Below are positions 1 to 8,625 of a stretch of 18,985 nucleotides of DNA, piece after piece. Position 1 is the first letter of the stretch. Every line of letters starts with the position of its first letter. The position numbers and the translations under genes were made by a program. The DNA comes from a bacterium (lineage in GTDB: Bacteria; Zhuqueibacterota; Zhuqueibacteria; Oceanimicrobiales; Oceanimicrobiaceae), in contig JBHHXT010000088.1 in assembly GCA_046757165.1 (NCBI GenBank), forward strand, positions 1 through 18,985, read 5' to 3'. The notes under the pieces are model-generated. The model had not been told where the DNA came from and did no database searches. It was given only the letters and a program-made list of their open reading frames with translations.

Positions 1-1
1 C

Positions 2-511
2 TCAATATTCCGGGTTTGTGAGTTTGTTTTCGATGAGAGGTTGCAAGCGGGGCAGGATTCGGTCCAGCTCGGCGTTGATGAGGTAGCAGCATTCGCGGTA
101 GACTGCCAGACTGCGGCCGATGGGGTCATCGATGCTGTCCGGATGCTTTTCTTCCGGTGCGCGTCTGAAAGCGCGCAGCAGGAAGACATTGTCGCTGACC
201 TCGGGGTAGGTCTTCTGCAGGTGGTCTTTGTGCTCGACCGAGAGGGCGAAGATGACGTCGGAGGCGCGGGCCAGCTCTTCGCTCATGCCCTGCGAACGGT
301 GTTCGGAAATATCGGCGCCCAGCTCTGCCGCCACCTCGATCGCATATCGGGTTGCGGGCGCGCCGTCGATGCCCAGTGTGCCAGCCGAGGTCACCGTGAC
401 TTTGTCCTTCAGCTCCGCCGGGATTTTTGACTTCATCAGCCCTTCGGCCATGGGACTGCGGCAGCTGTTGCCAGAACAGATAAACAATATATTGAATGTT
501 TGCGCACTCAT
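2..511 (-). CDS. Low-molecular-weight protein phosphatase (LMW-PTP / YwlE-like protein-arginine or tyrosine phosphatase)
   Basis: P-loop ILFICSGNSCRSPMAEG (CX5R), SAGT motif and IDDPIG acid loop. ATG at 511 overlaps the tsaC stop (ATGA), so it is preferred over 532. Adjacency to tsaC mirrors Bacillus ywlC-ywlE. Confidence 0.88.
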   Translation of the reverse strand: MSAQTFNILFICSGNSCRSPMAEGLMKSKIPAELKDKVTVTSAGTLGIDGAPATRYAIEVAAELGADISEHRSQGMSEELARASDVIFALSVEHKDHLQKTYPEVSDNVFLLRAFRRAPEEKHPDSIDDPIGRSLAVYRECCYLINAELDRILPRLQPLIENKLTNPEY

Positions 512-1152
512 TGCGTCACTCCTTTCGCACACTTCTCAATGGCCACAGAATCGATCGCGCCTGGTCGCAACAGCCCAAGCGTTTGTTCTGAAACATCGAC
601 AACAGTTGATGGAATCTGCACATCGCAGGCACCGCCATCGATCAGGCCATCAATTTTATCTTCCAGTTGAGCCAGAACTTCATCGGCGTTGACCGGTGGC
701 GGCTGACCGCTGATGTTTGCACTGGTCGAGGTGATGGGCGCACCCAACAAGCTCACCAGCGCTCGTGACAGTTTGTGGTCCGGGTAGCGCACACCGATGG
801 TGTTCTCCTCGCTACGGATGTGAATGGGGACCCGGTCCGAGGCTTTGAGAACAAGCGTGAGCGGTCCTGGCCAGAAGGTGGCCAGCAAGGCGTGGGCAAC
901 CTCGGGGATCTCGCGGCAAAATGTCTGTAAGTCCGCCGGGTCATTGATCAGGATCGAGAGCGCCTTGCCGGGGCTGCGGCTCTTGAGCTCATAGATGCGC
1001 TCGATGGCTTGCGGCGCAAATATGTTCGCGCCCAGGCCATAGACGGTTTCGGTGGGATAGGCAATGACACCGTTGTCCTTTAAAATTTGCGCGAATGCGG
1101 TTAGCTCGCCAGTGGTGAAGTTGTCCGGATCTATCCTCTTAATGGTCGGCAT
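508..1152 (-). CDS. tsaC: L-threonylcarbamoyladenylate synthase (TsaC/Sua5/YrdC family)
   Basis: Family motifs VIAYPTETVYGLGA, K-x-R (LKSR), FWPGPLTLVL, STSANISG and PSTVVD. Single YrdC domain, 214 aa. Confidence 0.95.
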   Translation of the reverse strand: MPTIKRIDPDNFTTGELTAFAQILKDNGVIAYPTETVYGLGANIFAPQAIERIYELKSRSPGKALSILINDPADLQTFCREIPEVAHALLATFWPGPLTLVLKASDRVPIHIRSEENTIGVRYPDHKLSRALVSLLGAPITSTSANISGQPPPVNADEVLAQLEDKIDGLIDGGACDVQIPSTVVDVSEQTLGLLRPGAIDSVAIEKCAKGVTQ

Positions 1153-1197
1153 TTTTTCGACCTCAATGTCGTACGAGGGTTGAAATGGTCTGGCCTG

Positions 1198-2199
1198 TCA
1201 CCAGTTTGCCAGCCGCTCCTCCTCGTCCCATTTTTCGAGCGTGCGCTTGTTGCGCCAGCGAATCGCGATCAGGATAAAGATAAACAGCAGCAGGATAAAT
1301 ATCCACAAGAACAGATCAAAATCGAGCAGGAAGGTCCAGCGGTATTTCTTCTCCAGGTATTGGTACCAGTTCATTTCCGCTTCAAAAAGGTCGATTGCAA
1401 ACACGTCCTTGAAGGTGACATCAAAGGACTGACCGGTGTCCAGTTCACTCAGGAGCTGAGCAATCTTTCCGAAGCCATACTGCTCTATCAGATAGAGAAC
1501 GAACGAGTAGCTTTCCTCGTAGGCAAGCGTTGCCTTCGCGTGCTGGAAGCGCAGAACGTCGTCGATTTCATCCAGCGGGATGATGGAATTGCTGATCAAG
1601 GCCTTTGAAATCGCTTTGCCGGCGGCAAATTCTTCATCGGCGGAGAGATAGATTGCGATGCCTTCGTTGAACCATTTTGGCAGATTCTGGGGGGATTTCG
1701 CCGTCTGACCGATGAGGATGTGCGACAGCTCATGCCGAACCAATTTGGGCAACCGATCGCGGTTGTCGGTGAGCGCCGGCGATTTGAGAATGATGAGATT
1801 CTTCACCGGGTCGGCCACCCCCTCACCCCAGTGGGGAATGAAGTTGCCGGTCAAATCATCGAACACTTTCTGGGTCGGGCACAAAAAGACATTGACGGGC
1901 TGCGTCAAGTTCAGTTGTAGCCTGGTCACAAAATCAAGGTAAGCGATATGGAATAGCGAAGAAAGCTCCCGGGTATAGGGCCTGTCCGAGTCAAGATAGT
2001 AGATGCGGAACGGGGGGGAGTCAAGGGAATGCCAATCGGCTTGCATCGTTGCGGGGTTCAGGCTCGACTGTCCAGAGCCACCGGTGCTGTGCTGGTTTTC
2101 CGCCTTTGCGGGCATGAACGCCTCGAGATGACCTGCATGAGGTATCCCTCCGCAGGCGAGCGTCAACGAGATTTGAAAATACAAGAATGTCAGAGGCAT
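1198..2199 (-). CDS. Membrane-anchored peptidase MA-like (gluzincin-type HExxH) protein
   Basis: HELSH zinc motif followed by LPKWFNEGIA (third-ligand Glu) and AY.ES. Hydrophobic N-terminus. C-terminal TM helix (LFLWIFILLLFIFILIAI) followed by basic residues. Confidence 0.8.
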   Translation of the reverse strand: MPLTFLYFQISLTLACGGIPHAGHLEAFMPAKAENQHSTGGSGQSSLNPATMQADWHSLDSPPFRIYYLDSDRPYTRELSSLFHIAYLDFVTRLQLNLTQPVNVFLCPTQKVFDDLTGNFIPHWGEGVADPVKNLIILKSPALTDNRDRLPKLVRHELSHILIGQTAKSPQNLPKWFNEGIAIYLSADEEFAAGKAISKALISNSIIPLDEIDDVLRFQHAKATLAYEESYSFVLYLIEQYGFGKIAQLLSELDTGQSFDVTFKDVFAIDLFEAEMNWYQYLEKKYRWTFLLDFDLFLWIFILLLFIFILIAIRWRNKRTLEKWDEEERLANW

Positions 2200-3365
2200 G
2201 CGAGAGCGTGCTCTAAGTCAGCGATTAGATCTTCGACATATTCAACCCCCACTGAGATTCGAACCAGATCGTCGGCGAGTCCAATCTTCTGTCGCTCTTC
2301 GGGCGGCACGGAGGCGTGCGTCATGGAAGCCGGATGGCTGATCAGGCTTTCCACCCCACCCAGACTCTCGGCCAGAGCGAATAGCTGGACGTTTTCCAGC
2401 AAGGTCCTGGCGCGCTCCCAACTGCCGACTTGAAACGACACCATGCCGCCAAAGCCGGGATTGCCATAGGGGTCGAGCTGTTGCTGGCAGGCCAGATCGT
2501 GCTGCGGATGAGACCGCAAGCCCGGATAGATCACGTGCTCGACCCTGGCATGGTCGCACAAGAATTGCGCGATCTGTACGGTAGTGCGGTTGTGCTGCTG
2601 CATGCGTAGATGCAGCGTTTTCGTCGCGCGCAAGATCAGCCAGCAGTCGAACGGGCTGGGCACGGCGCCGACCGCGTTCTGCAGAAAGGCCAGCCGCTCC
2701 GCCAGCGACCCGTCATTGACGATCACAACCCCACCGATGACATCGCTGTGGCCGTTCAGGTACTTTGTGCTGCTGTGAACCACGAGGTCTGCGCCAGGCT
2801 CCAGCGGCCGCTGAAAATAGGGACTCAGGAACGTATTGTCAACCGTCAGCCGCACACCGTGCCTCTTGCATATCGCGGCAAGAGCGCTCAGGTCCGTCAG
2901 CTTCAGCATCGGGTTGGTAGGTGTCTCGACAAACACCATGCGCGTATTCGCCCTCATCGCCTCTTCGACGTCGGTGAGATTCGAGGTGTCGACGAAGCTG
3001 AAGGACAGACCATAATCGGTCATGATTTGTTGAAAATAGCGGTAGGTGCCGCCATACACATTGTGCGTCACCACCACGTGGTCGCCCTGCTTCAAGAGTC
3101 CCATAACGGTGGAAATGGCGGCCATCCCAGAGCTGAACGCGAATCCGTGTTTGCCCCCTTCGAGGGCGGCCAGATTCGCTTCCAGCGCCTCGCGAGTCGG
3201 GTTGGCGGTGCGACCGTATTCGTAGCCCTTGTGGTCACCGGGAGACTTCTGGACGTAAGTCGAGGTCTGGTAGATAGGCGTCATAATTGCGCCGGCATCC
3301 GAGTCCGGTTTCTGGCCCGCATGCACGGCTTTGGTGGCGAAATCCAGCTTGCTCCTGTCGGTCAT
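2190..3365 (-). CDS. Cystathionine gamma-lyase / gamma-synthase (Cys/Met metabolism PLP enzyme)
   Basis: TPIYQTSTY, YGRTANPT, FSSGMAA, VETPTNP, DNTF, HSSTKYLNGHSD (PLP Lys) and AESLGGVESL. True start MTDRSK at 3365 overlaps the CBS stop (ATGA). Pairing with CBS favours the gamma-lyase role. Confidence 0.93.
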   Translation of the reverse strand: MTDRSKLDFATKAVHAGQKPDSDAGAIMTPIYQTSTYVQKSPGDHKGYEYGRTANPTREALEANLAALEGGKHGFAFSSGMAAISTVMGLLKQGDHVVVTHNVYGGTYRYFQQIMTDYGLSFSFVDTSNLTDVEEAMRANTRMVFVETPTNPMLKLTDLSALAAICKRHGVRLTVDNTFLSPYFQRPLEPGADLVVHSSTKYLNGHSDVIGGVVIVNDGSLAERLAFLQNAVGAVPSPFDCWLILRATKTLHLRMQQHNRTTVQIAQFLCDHARVEHVIYPGLRSHPQHDLACQQQLDPYGNPGFGGMVSFQVGSWERARTLLENVQLFALAESLGGVESLISHPASMTHASVPPEERQKIGLADDLVRISVGVEYVEDLIADLEHALACL

Positions 3366-4732
3366 GAAACAATAAACTCCAGCAGGTCTGATTTGGTGAT
3401 GATACCTGAAATGCTGCCTCTTTCCTCGACCAGAACAGCCGGATATTCTTTCGCCAGGTAGTTTCTTGCCTCGCCGATTCTCTTGCGAATGTTGATCACG
3501 GGCAGGCTTTCCTGCATCACCTCTTTGACCGGACTCTCCAGCACGGAGCTGTCTTCGATCACCCGTCCCATGATTTCGCCGTCCTGCAACCGGCCCACCG
3601 ACCTGCCGTCCTGCAAAACCGGAATCTGCGAAATGTTGTTTAGTTTCATTTCTTGCAAGGCCGTCCGCACGGGGTCGTCCGGACTGACCGCGATGATGGT
3701 TGGCAGGTCGTTGGCTTTCGCAGCGAGCGCCTTGTCGAGCGAAATGGTTTCGAGGTCCAGGAATCGGTTTTCCCGCATCCAATCGTCAGAATAGAAGGTG
3801 GTCAAGTATTTGGCGCCTGAGTCGGGCAAGAGCACTACCACCATCTTGCCAGCCGGCAAGTCTTTGGCGAGTTTGAGCGCAGCCGCAGCGGCCAAGCCGC
3901 CGGACCCGCCGATGAAAATCCCTTCTTCACGCGAGATTCGACGGGCGGTATTGAAGGACTCTTTGTCCGTGATATCGATGACCTCGTCGATGATTTCGAA
4001 ATGAGTCGTGCCGGGAATGATATCCTCGCCCACGCCTTCCACTTTGTACGGCTTCGCCTCGGTCATTTTCCTGGTGTAGAAGTATTGTTTCAGAATGGAT
4101 CCCACCGGGTCTGCGCCGATGACCTTGACCTGCGGTTTCTTTTCCTTCAGGAACTTTCCTGTCCCGCTGATGGTGCCGCCGGTTCCCATGCCGGCGACAA
4201 AGTAGTCGACCTGGCCGCCGGTCTGCTCCCAGATTTCCGGGCCCGTGGTCTGGTAATGGGCTTCCGGGTTGACGGGATTGAAGTACTGGTTTGCCAGGAT
4301 AGAGTTTTGCGTTTCTTTGACGATTTTTCTCGCCACGGAGTAGTAGCTTTCCGGTGACTCCGGCGGAACCGCGGTTGGCGTGACAATCACCTCGGCGCCA
4401 AACGCTTTGAGATTGCGTACCTTTTCCGAGCTCATTTTGTCGGGCATGGTAAAAACCGCCTTGTAGCCGCGCAGCGCCGCTACCAAGGCCAGACCTGCTC
4501 CGGTGTTGCCGGAGGTCGATTCCACGATGGTGCCCCCGGGTTTGAGCCGTCCCTCCTTTTCTGCAACATCGATCATGGCAATCGCGATGCGGTCCTTGAC
4601 GCTGCCCCCCGGATTGAAGAACTCAATCTTTGCCAGAACCGTCGCTTTGAAGCCTTTGGTGACACGATTGAGCTTGACCATGGGCGTGTTGCCAACGGCC
4701 TCCAGGATGTTGTTCAGATATCCACGTTTCAT
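3362..4732 (-). CDS. cbs: Cystathionine beta-synthase with C-terminal CBS-domain pair
   Basis: GNTPMVKL, KIEFFNPGGSVKDR (PLP Lys), ESTSGNTG, GMGTGGT, PYKVEGVGED, and LPDSG..YL...YSDDWM, followed by two CBS domains. No N-terminal heme domain. Start ATG 4732 (GTG 4741 is an alternative). Confidence 0.93.
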   Translation of the reverse strand: MKRGYLNNILEAVGNTPMVKLNRVTKGFKATVLAKIEFFNPGGSVKDRIAIAMIDVAEKEGRLKPGGTIVESTSGNTGAGLALVAALRGYKAVFTMPDKMSSEKVRNLKAFGAEVIVTPTAVPPESPESYYSVARKIVKETQNSILANQYFNPVNPEAHYQTTGPEIWEQTGGQVDYFVAGMGTGGTISGTGKFLKEKKPQVKVIGADPVGSILKQYFYTRKMTEAKPYKVEGVGEDIIPGTTHFEIIDEVIDITDKESFNTARRISREEGIFIGGSGGLAAAAALKLAKDLPAGKMVVVLLPDSGAKYLTTFYSDDWMRENRFLDLETISLDKALAAKANDLPTIIAVSPDDPVRTALQEMKLNNISQIPVLQDGRSVGRLQDGEIMGRVIEDSSVLESPVKEVMQESLPVINIRKRIGEARNYLAKEYPAVLVEERGSISGIITKSDLLEFIVS

Positions 4733-4773
4733 AACTCTCACAATGCCTCATGTCCAATGACTGGTATCACCCC

Positions 4774-5322
4774 TCAATGTGTGAATCCCGCAATAACAGA
4801 ATCGATCAAAACAACAAGCACCTTCCTGACGCTTTCGCGGTCTGCCGTGTTGCAGAAGGTGAACTCACTGTTTTGCGCGATATTGAAATCGATATTTAAC
4901 AAGACAGAGGGAGCCGATTCCGGGCTGCCGTCCATGGCAGCGGCCACGACCACAGGGATACGGTAACGCGCGAGCAACAAATCAACCGTATCTTTTATGG
5001 AGTCGAGCGTAGCGGGCTTGTTCCAGCTATACAGGATGACGTACCCCAGCAGCTTCTTTGAAACCAGGTCCCAGGAAGGGTTGTTGTCACCGTCTTGATA
5101 ATCGAGACCGTAGAGATGCAGGATCAGTTGGTCGTTTATTTTCACGCGGCCAAACATGAGCTTCTCAGTTTGTATGACGAGTTCGTCGCTGGCGGCCTGA
5201 ATGAACTGGCGTCTCACCTGGTATGCGGGACTGACAATCGCTATTTCGCCGATTCTCATGGTGCTCTGCTTGAAAACGTCAAACCGCGGCCCGATTCTCT
5301 CCTGAACTTGCAGACCAAGCAT
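4774..5322 (-). CDS. MglA/CvnD-like small-GTPase-fold protein with degenerate P-loop (putative pseudo-GTPase)
   Basis: FGRVKINDQLILHLYG, W.LV.K.LLGYVILY, IPVVVA and C.TADRESVRKVLVVL match the CvnD/MglA pattern (DFGR.....L.L.LFGTPGQ..F..MW...; C.ARDRESV..L). GxxxxGKT is replaced by SPAYQVRR. Start either 5322 or 5259. Confidence 0.65.
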   Translation of the reverse strand: MLGLQVQERIGPRFDVFKQSTMRIGEIAIVSPAYQVRRQFIQAASDELVIQTEKLMFGRVKINDQLILHLYGLDYQDGDNNPSWDLVSKKLLGYVILYSWNKPATLDSIKDTVDLLLARYRIPVVVAAAMDGSPESAPSVLLNIDFNIAQNSEFTFCNTADRESVRKVLVVLIDSVIAGFTH

Positions 5323-5324
5323 TC

Positions 5325-6539
5325 CTATTTTTTCCTGTTGGCAAGTTTTTCCCGGATCATAATGAGCTCGCTCTTGTTCAAGTAGATACGATTCTTCTCG
5401 GCGATGAAATCTTCCCACCGGCGCGCCCGTAGCCGCCGGTCATAACTGCTCCGCCGGTCTGTCCGCCTGCGTTCGAGCGTTCGCTGTTTCGGAGACTTGG
5501 TTTTGGGGTGCAAGAAATTGGAGATCAGGCCGGAAAAATGCGACCCGTCCGGTGACCCGTTGCCGCCGTCAAACTCTTGCGCTGCACGCTTCTCTTCCGT
5601 TTCGTTCAACGGCACCTGCTCCAGGATGCCCTTCTTATACAACTCGGCCACCAACCGGAGAGCGACCAAATCATCAAAACCGGAGCTGGTGACCAAATCC
5701 CCCATTTTGGTCTTGCCGTTCAGCACACGGATAAGGGATTTTTCCTCGTTTGACAAGCTGCCATTCGGTACGTTCGCCCCGAGTTCAACCGCGGTCTGAA
5801 GAGGCGGGAGGTGCTTGCTGATTTCGTCCCAGCGATCTCGGTAGCTCAGGCCTTTCGCGACCAGAGCCTCAGTCGATTCCTCGAATTCTCCTGCATGCTC
5901 AACCGGTCGAAACTCGACTTTGAAACTCCCTTCAGCCCAGGTAAACATGCGGAACAAGGCTTGCGTGCGGGAGAGATCATTGAACACCACGTCGACCACC
6001 TCCCCATCCTTGAGAAATACCGCTCCTTCATGCTCGCCATTCTCCAGGCGAATAACACAGGATTTTTTGCCGATCTCGAGCGTTTGTAGCAAGTCGATCA
6101 AATTCATGTCGCTCAGTTTGCCAGAGAAGCCCTTGGTCTCATTCCTGGGACCGGGTTCCAGTTTCTCGATTTCTTTCAGAATAATCTCGAAGCGCAGCAT
6201 GACTTCTCGCACATCTAACGGCAGGGTGATATAATCATCCGCGCCTAAGCTGATGCTGTGGACACGCTCGTCAACTGAACGGTGGCGGCTCATCAAGACA
6301 AATGGGATGGCCTTGGTTGCGGAGTGGGACTTGACTTCCCGCAGCAAATGGTGGCCATCGATCTTGGTGAGGTTGAGCTCTGACAGAATCAGGTGAGGCC
6401 GGAAGCTTCGGCTCAGGGAAAGCGCCGCGATGCCGTTGTCGCTGATCTTGACTTCATAGCCGGAGGTGGCCAGCATCTTGCGAAGCTTCTCGATTTCTGG
6501 CGGGGCATTTACAGCAATGAGTATTCTCTTCCTTTCCAT
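5325..6539 (-). CDS. Atypical response regulator: pseudo-receiver + DUF4388 (PatA-N) + winged-helix-like region + Arg-rich tail
   Basis: N-terminal REC fold (PHLILSELNL..IDG; GADDYI). DUF4388 signature FSGKLSDMNLIDLLQTLEIGKKS...G.VFLKDGEVV...ALFRMFTW.EGSF. Followed by LNGKT.MGDLV..SGFDD..ALR.V.ELYKKG. Confidence 0.85.
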   Translation of the reverse strand: MERKRILIAVNAPPEIEKLRKMLATSGYEVKISDNGIAALSLSRSFRPHLILSELNLTKIDGHHLLREVKSHSATKAIPFVLMSRHRSVDERVHSISLGADDYITLPLDVREVMLRFEIILKEIEKLEPGPRNETKGFSGKLSDMNLIDLLQTLEIGKKSCVIRLENGEHEGAVFLKDGEVVDVVFNDLSRTQALFRMFTWAEGSFKVEFRPVEHAGEFEESTEALVAKGLSYRDRWDEISKHLPPLQTAVELGANVPNGSLSNEEKSLIRVLNGKTKMGDLVTSSGFDDLVALRLVAELYKKGILEQVPLNETEEKRAAQEFDGGNGSPDGSHFSGLISNFLHPKTKSPKQRTLERRRTDRRSSYDRRLRARRWEDFIAEKNRIYLNKSELIMIREKLANRKK

Positions 6540-6565
6540 TCCAGCTACAATTTCTCCACGTTGCT

Positions 6566-8578
6566 TCAGCTCGCAGCACGTCGAGTCGGGCCCACGGCAC
6601 TGTTTGTCTGATAGTTCGGCGCCTGGAGCTGGCTGAGCAAATATTTGACCGAATCAGGAGCAGTCACATCGACATCAACGATCTGCTCGTTTTCGCCGAG
6701 GTTGAGAGAATACCGAATCACATCAAGAGGGACCCGTCTTCTGTCTTCCGGATGATAGACCGCCACCACAAAGGGTGCGTTCATTTTGCCTCTGAATGAG
6801 TTGATCAAATATCCAAAATAGCGCAACCTGGCGGAGTTTTCGCCTACCACCAGGAAAACATACGCGAGGACGTTCGACGATACCTGCTCGACCATTTGCA
6901 AGAACTTTCTTTCGGTCGACAATCCGAGAACTTCGACAACGCGCTTGCCGGAGGTTTCCACCTTGCCTATTTCAATCGTATTGTTTCCGGGCCTTATCGC
7001 TTTCGTGGAGAAGGCTCCGGAGGTGAGCGTCGAGATAAACTCCTTGCGCATCCAGTTGTTGCTGCTGATGACCAGAAGGTTGCCACGAGCTGACTTGCGA
7101 CCGTTGAACAGGCCATCACAAACAGACGGGATATCGTTGCTGAGGGTCGGGTCCGGCCCGGTGGATTCAACTGAGGCGCCTGGCGTATGAGCATGGCCAT
7201 TGACGGCCGGCTCTTCGCGTCCGGGGGTCGGGCCCGGGCTGGTGCTGAACGGCTCGATTGGCCGTTCATTGCTCTCTGCAAACGGCTCCTGCGGAACAGG
7301 GTGCGTCACCGGGATGTGCGGTGGTTCGGCGTTCATCCCCATGGGCGGCGACGGCACTTGCTCCTGGCTATTGAACGCCTGGTCGGCGACAGGCGGCTCC
7401 TTCTGCGGTTCAATTCCGGACCTGCCGGGATTGTTTGTTTCTTGCTCCGTCCCTGGCCAGGAGACCTTGGCCTGGTCCTGGTCGCGATAAATAGTGAAGT
7501 CAGGTGCAGAGAGCTGCTCTGGCTCAGGCCGCGGCTCCGGTCTCCGCTGGTGCTTCGATTCGACCGGAGGCGCCGGCGTGCTCGGCTCCGGCGTGAAGCG
7601 CCGGAAATCCGGCTCGAGTTTTCCATCGCCACCAGGCGGTCGAACAAACCCTTGCTGGTAGAGCTTTACGATTCGCTCGAGTGTCTTCAAGTCGTCGTAC
7701 GTACTGTCGGACATAATCTGCGAAAGTGGACGTTTGCCATCGAAAAGTGAGATAAATTTCAAAGCATCTGCGCCGATGGCCTTTCTTTTCAACACCCGCT
7801 GGAAAATCGAGGTTTTCACGAATACGGTGTCCAGGGAGGGAAGCTGCTTCAGCAACCGTTCTCTCTCCTGCAAGCGCTTGAACCCTTGCAACAGCAAGCC
7901 CAGATTGCTGACCGTGATTTCATCGTGAATGTTGACATCCTTGAAGGTCATGATGAAGTGGCCCCGGTCCCAGGGGAGCATCTGGTAGACCGCCTTCTCG
8001 GCCTTGAAATTGCCGAGGCGGGCATTGACAACGGAACCTTTGCGAAAGTAGATCTCGCCGTTGCGGTTGTGGCGATCATAGAGTGATAGCACCCCCGTGC
8101 GCTTTTCGACCCCATAGTTCTCCACCAGGCTTTCGACGCTGTTCTCCTCCAGTCGGCCAACAACCTTTCTGGTCGTTTCTGCCTCCTCACTTCGCACTCT
8201 TTCGATGCGGCGCAGAATCATTTGCAGGCGCGCAATCACTTCCTTGACATGCAGCGGCTTGACCATGTAATCCTTGACACCGATGCTGAGACTCTTGATG
8301 CGGTCGTCCAGATTGCGGCGGTTGGTCAGGAATACGAGCGGTATCGAGGCATGTAGCGGGTCCTGCTGCAACCTCTCCAACAGTTGAAATCCGTTTACCG
8401 CCGGGATATCCACCTCAGAAACGATGATGTCGGGTTTTTGCGTCTGAATAATATTCCAGGCTTCGTCGCCATTGCCAGTCACGGTGACCTCAAAACTGGC
8501 CCCCTCCAGGCTCTCCTTCAAGATCTGCAAATTCTTCGGATCGCCGTCGATGACGAGTATCTTCGGGTTGTCCATCAT
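6566..8578 (-). CDS. Atypical response regulator: receiver + DUF4388 + Pro-rich linker + C-terminal degenerate MglA/CvnD-like GTPase fold
   Basis: REC (KILVIDGD, PDIIVSEVDIP, YMVKP) and DUF4388 (GRLEE...RTGVL..GEIYFRKGSVVNA...AVYQMLPWDRGHF). A long Pro/Glu/Ser-rich linker follows, then an alpha/beta domain (NLLVISS..., IGKVE, VEVLG, LAYVFLV, PFVVAV, IRYSLNL, VD.T.PDSVKYLL). Confidence 0.85.
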   Translation of the reverse strand: MMDNPKILVIDGDPKNLQILKESLEGASFEVTVTGNGDEAWNIIQTQKPDIIVSEVDIPAVNGFQLLERLQQDPLHASIPLVFLTNRRNLDDRIKSLSIGVKDYMVKPLHVKEVIARLQMILRRIERVRSEEAETTRKVVGRLEENSVESLVENYGVEKRTGVLSLYDRHNRNGEIYFRKGSVVNARLGNFKAEKAVYQMLPWDRGHFIMTFKDVNIHDEITVSNLGLLLQGFKRLQERERLLKQLPSLDTVFVKTSIFQRVLKRKAIGADALKFISLFDGKRPLSQIMSDSTYDDLKTLERIVKLYQQGFVRPPGGDGKLEPDFRRFTPEPSTPAPPVESKHQRRPEPRPEPEQLSAPDFTIYRDQDQAKVSWPGTEQETNNPGRSGIEPQKEPPVADQAFNSQEQVPSPPMGMNAEPPHIPVTHPVPQEPFAESNERPIEPFSTSPGPTPGREEPAVNGHAHTPGASVESTGPDPTLSNDIPSVCDGLFNGRKSARGNLLVISSNNWMRKEFISTLTSGAFSTKAIRPGNNTIEIGKVETSGKRVVEVLGLSTERKFLQMVEQVSSNVLAYVFLVVGENSARLRYFGYLINSFRGKMNAPFVVAVYHPEDRRRVPLDVIRYSLNLGENEQIVDVDVTAPDSVKYLLSQLQAPNYQTNSAVGPTRRAAS

Positions 8579-8625
8579 ACTGCAAAGGTTTATAAAATAT
8601 TACCTTATTATCAGGGGTAACTGCC

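Noticed and set aside
2610..3461. 283-aa plus-strand ORF and similar antisense ORFs (e.g. 11401..12033, 12215..12823, 14377..15090)
   Set aside because: They lie opposite well-supported genes, which is expected from GC-rich codon bias, and have no family motifs.
3366..3782. 140-aa N-terminal extension of the 530-aa ORF 2190..3782
   Set aside because: It overlaps the cbs CBS domains in another frame. Homology begins at MTDRSK (3365), which has an ATGA overlap with the cbs stop.
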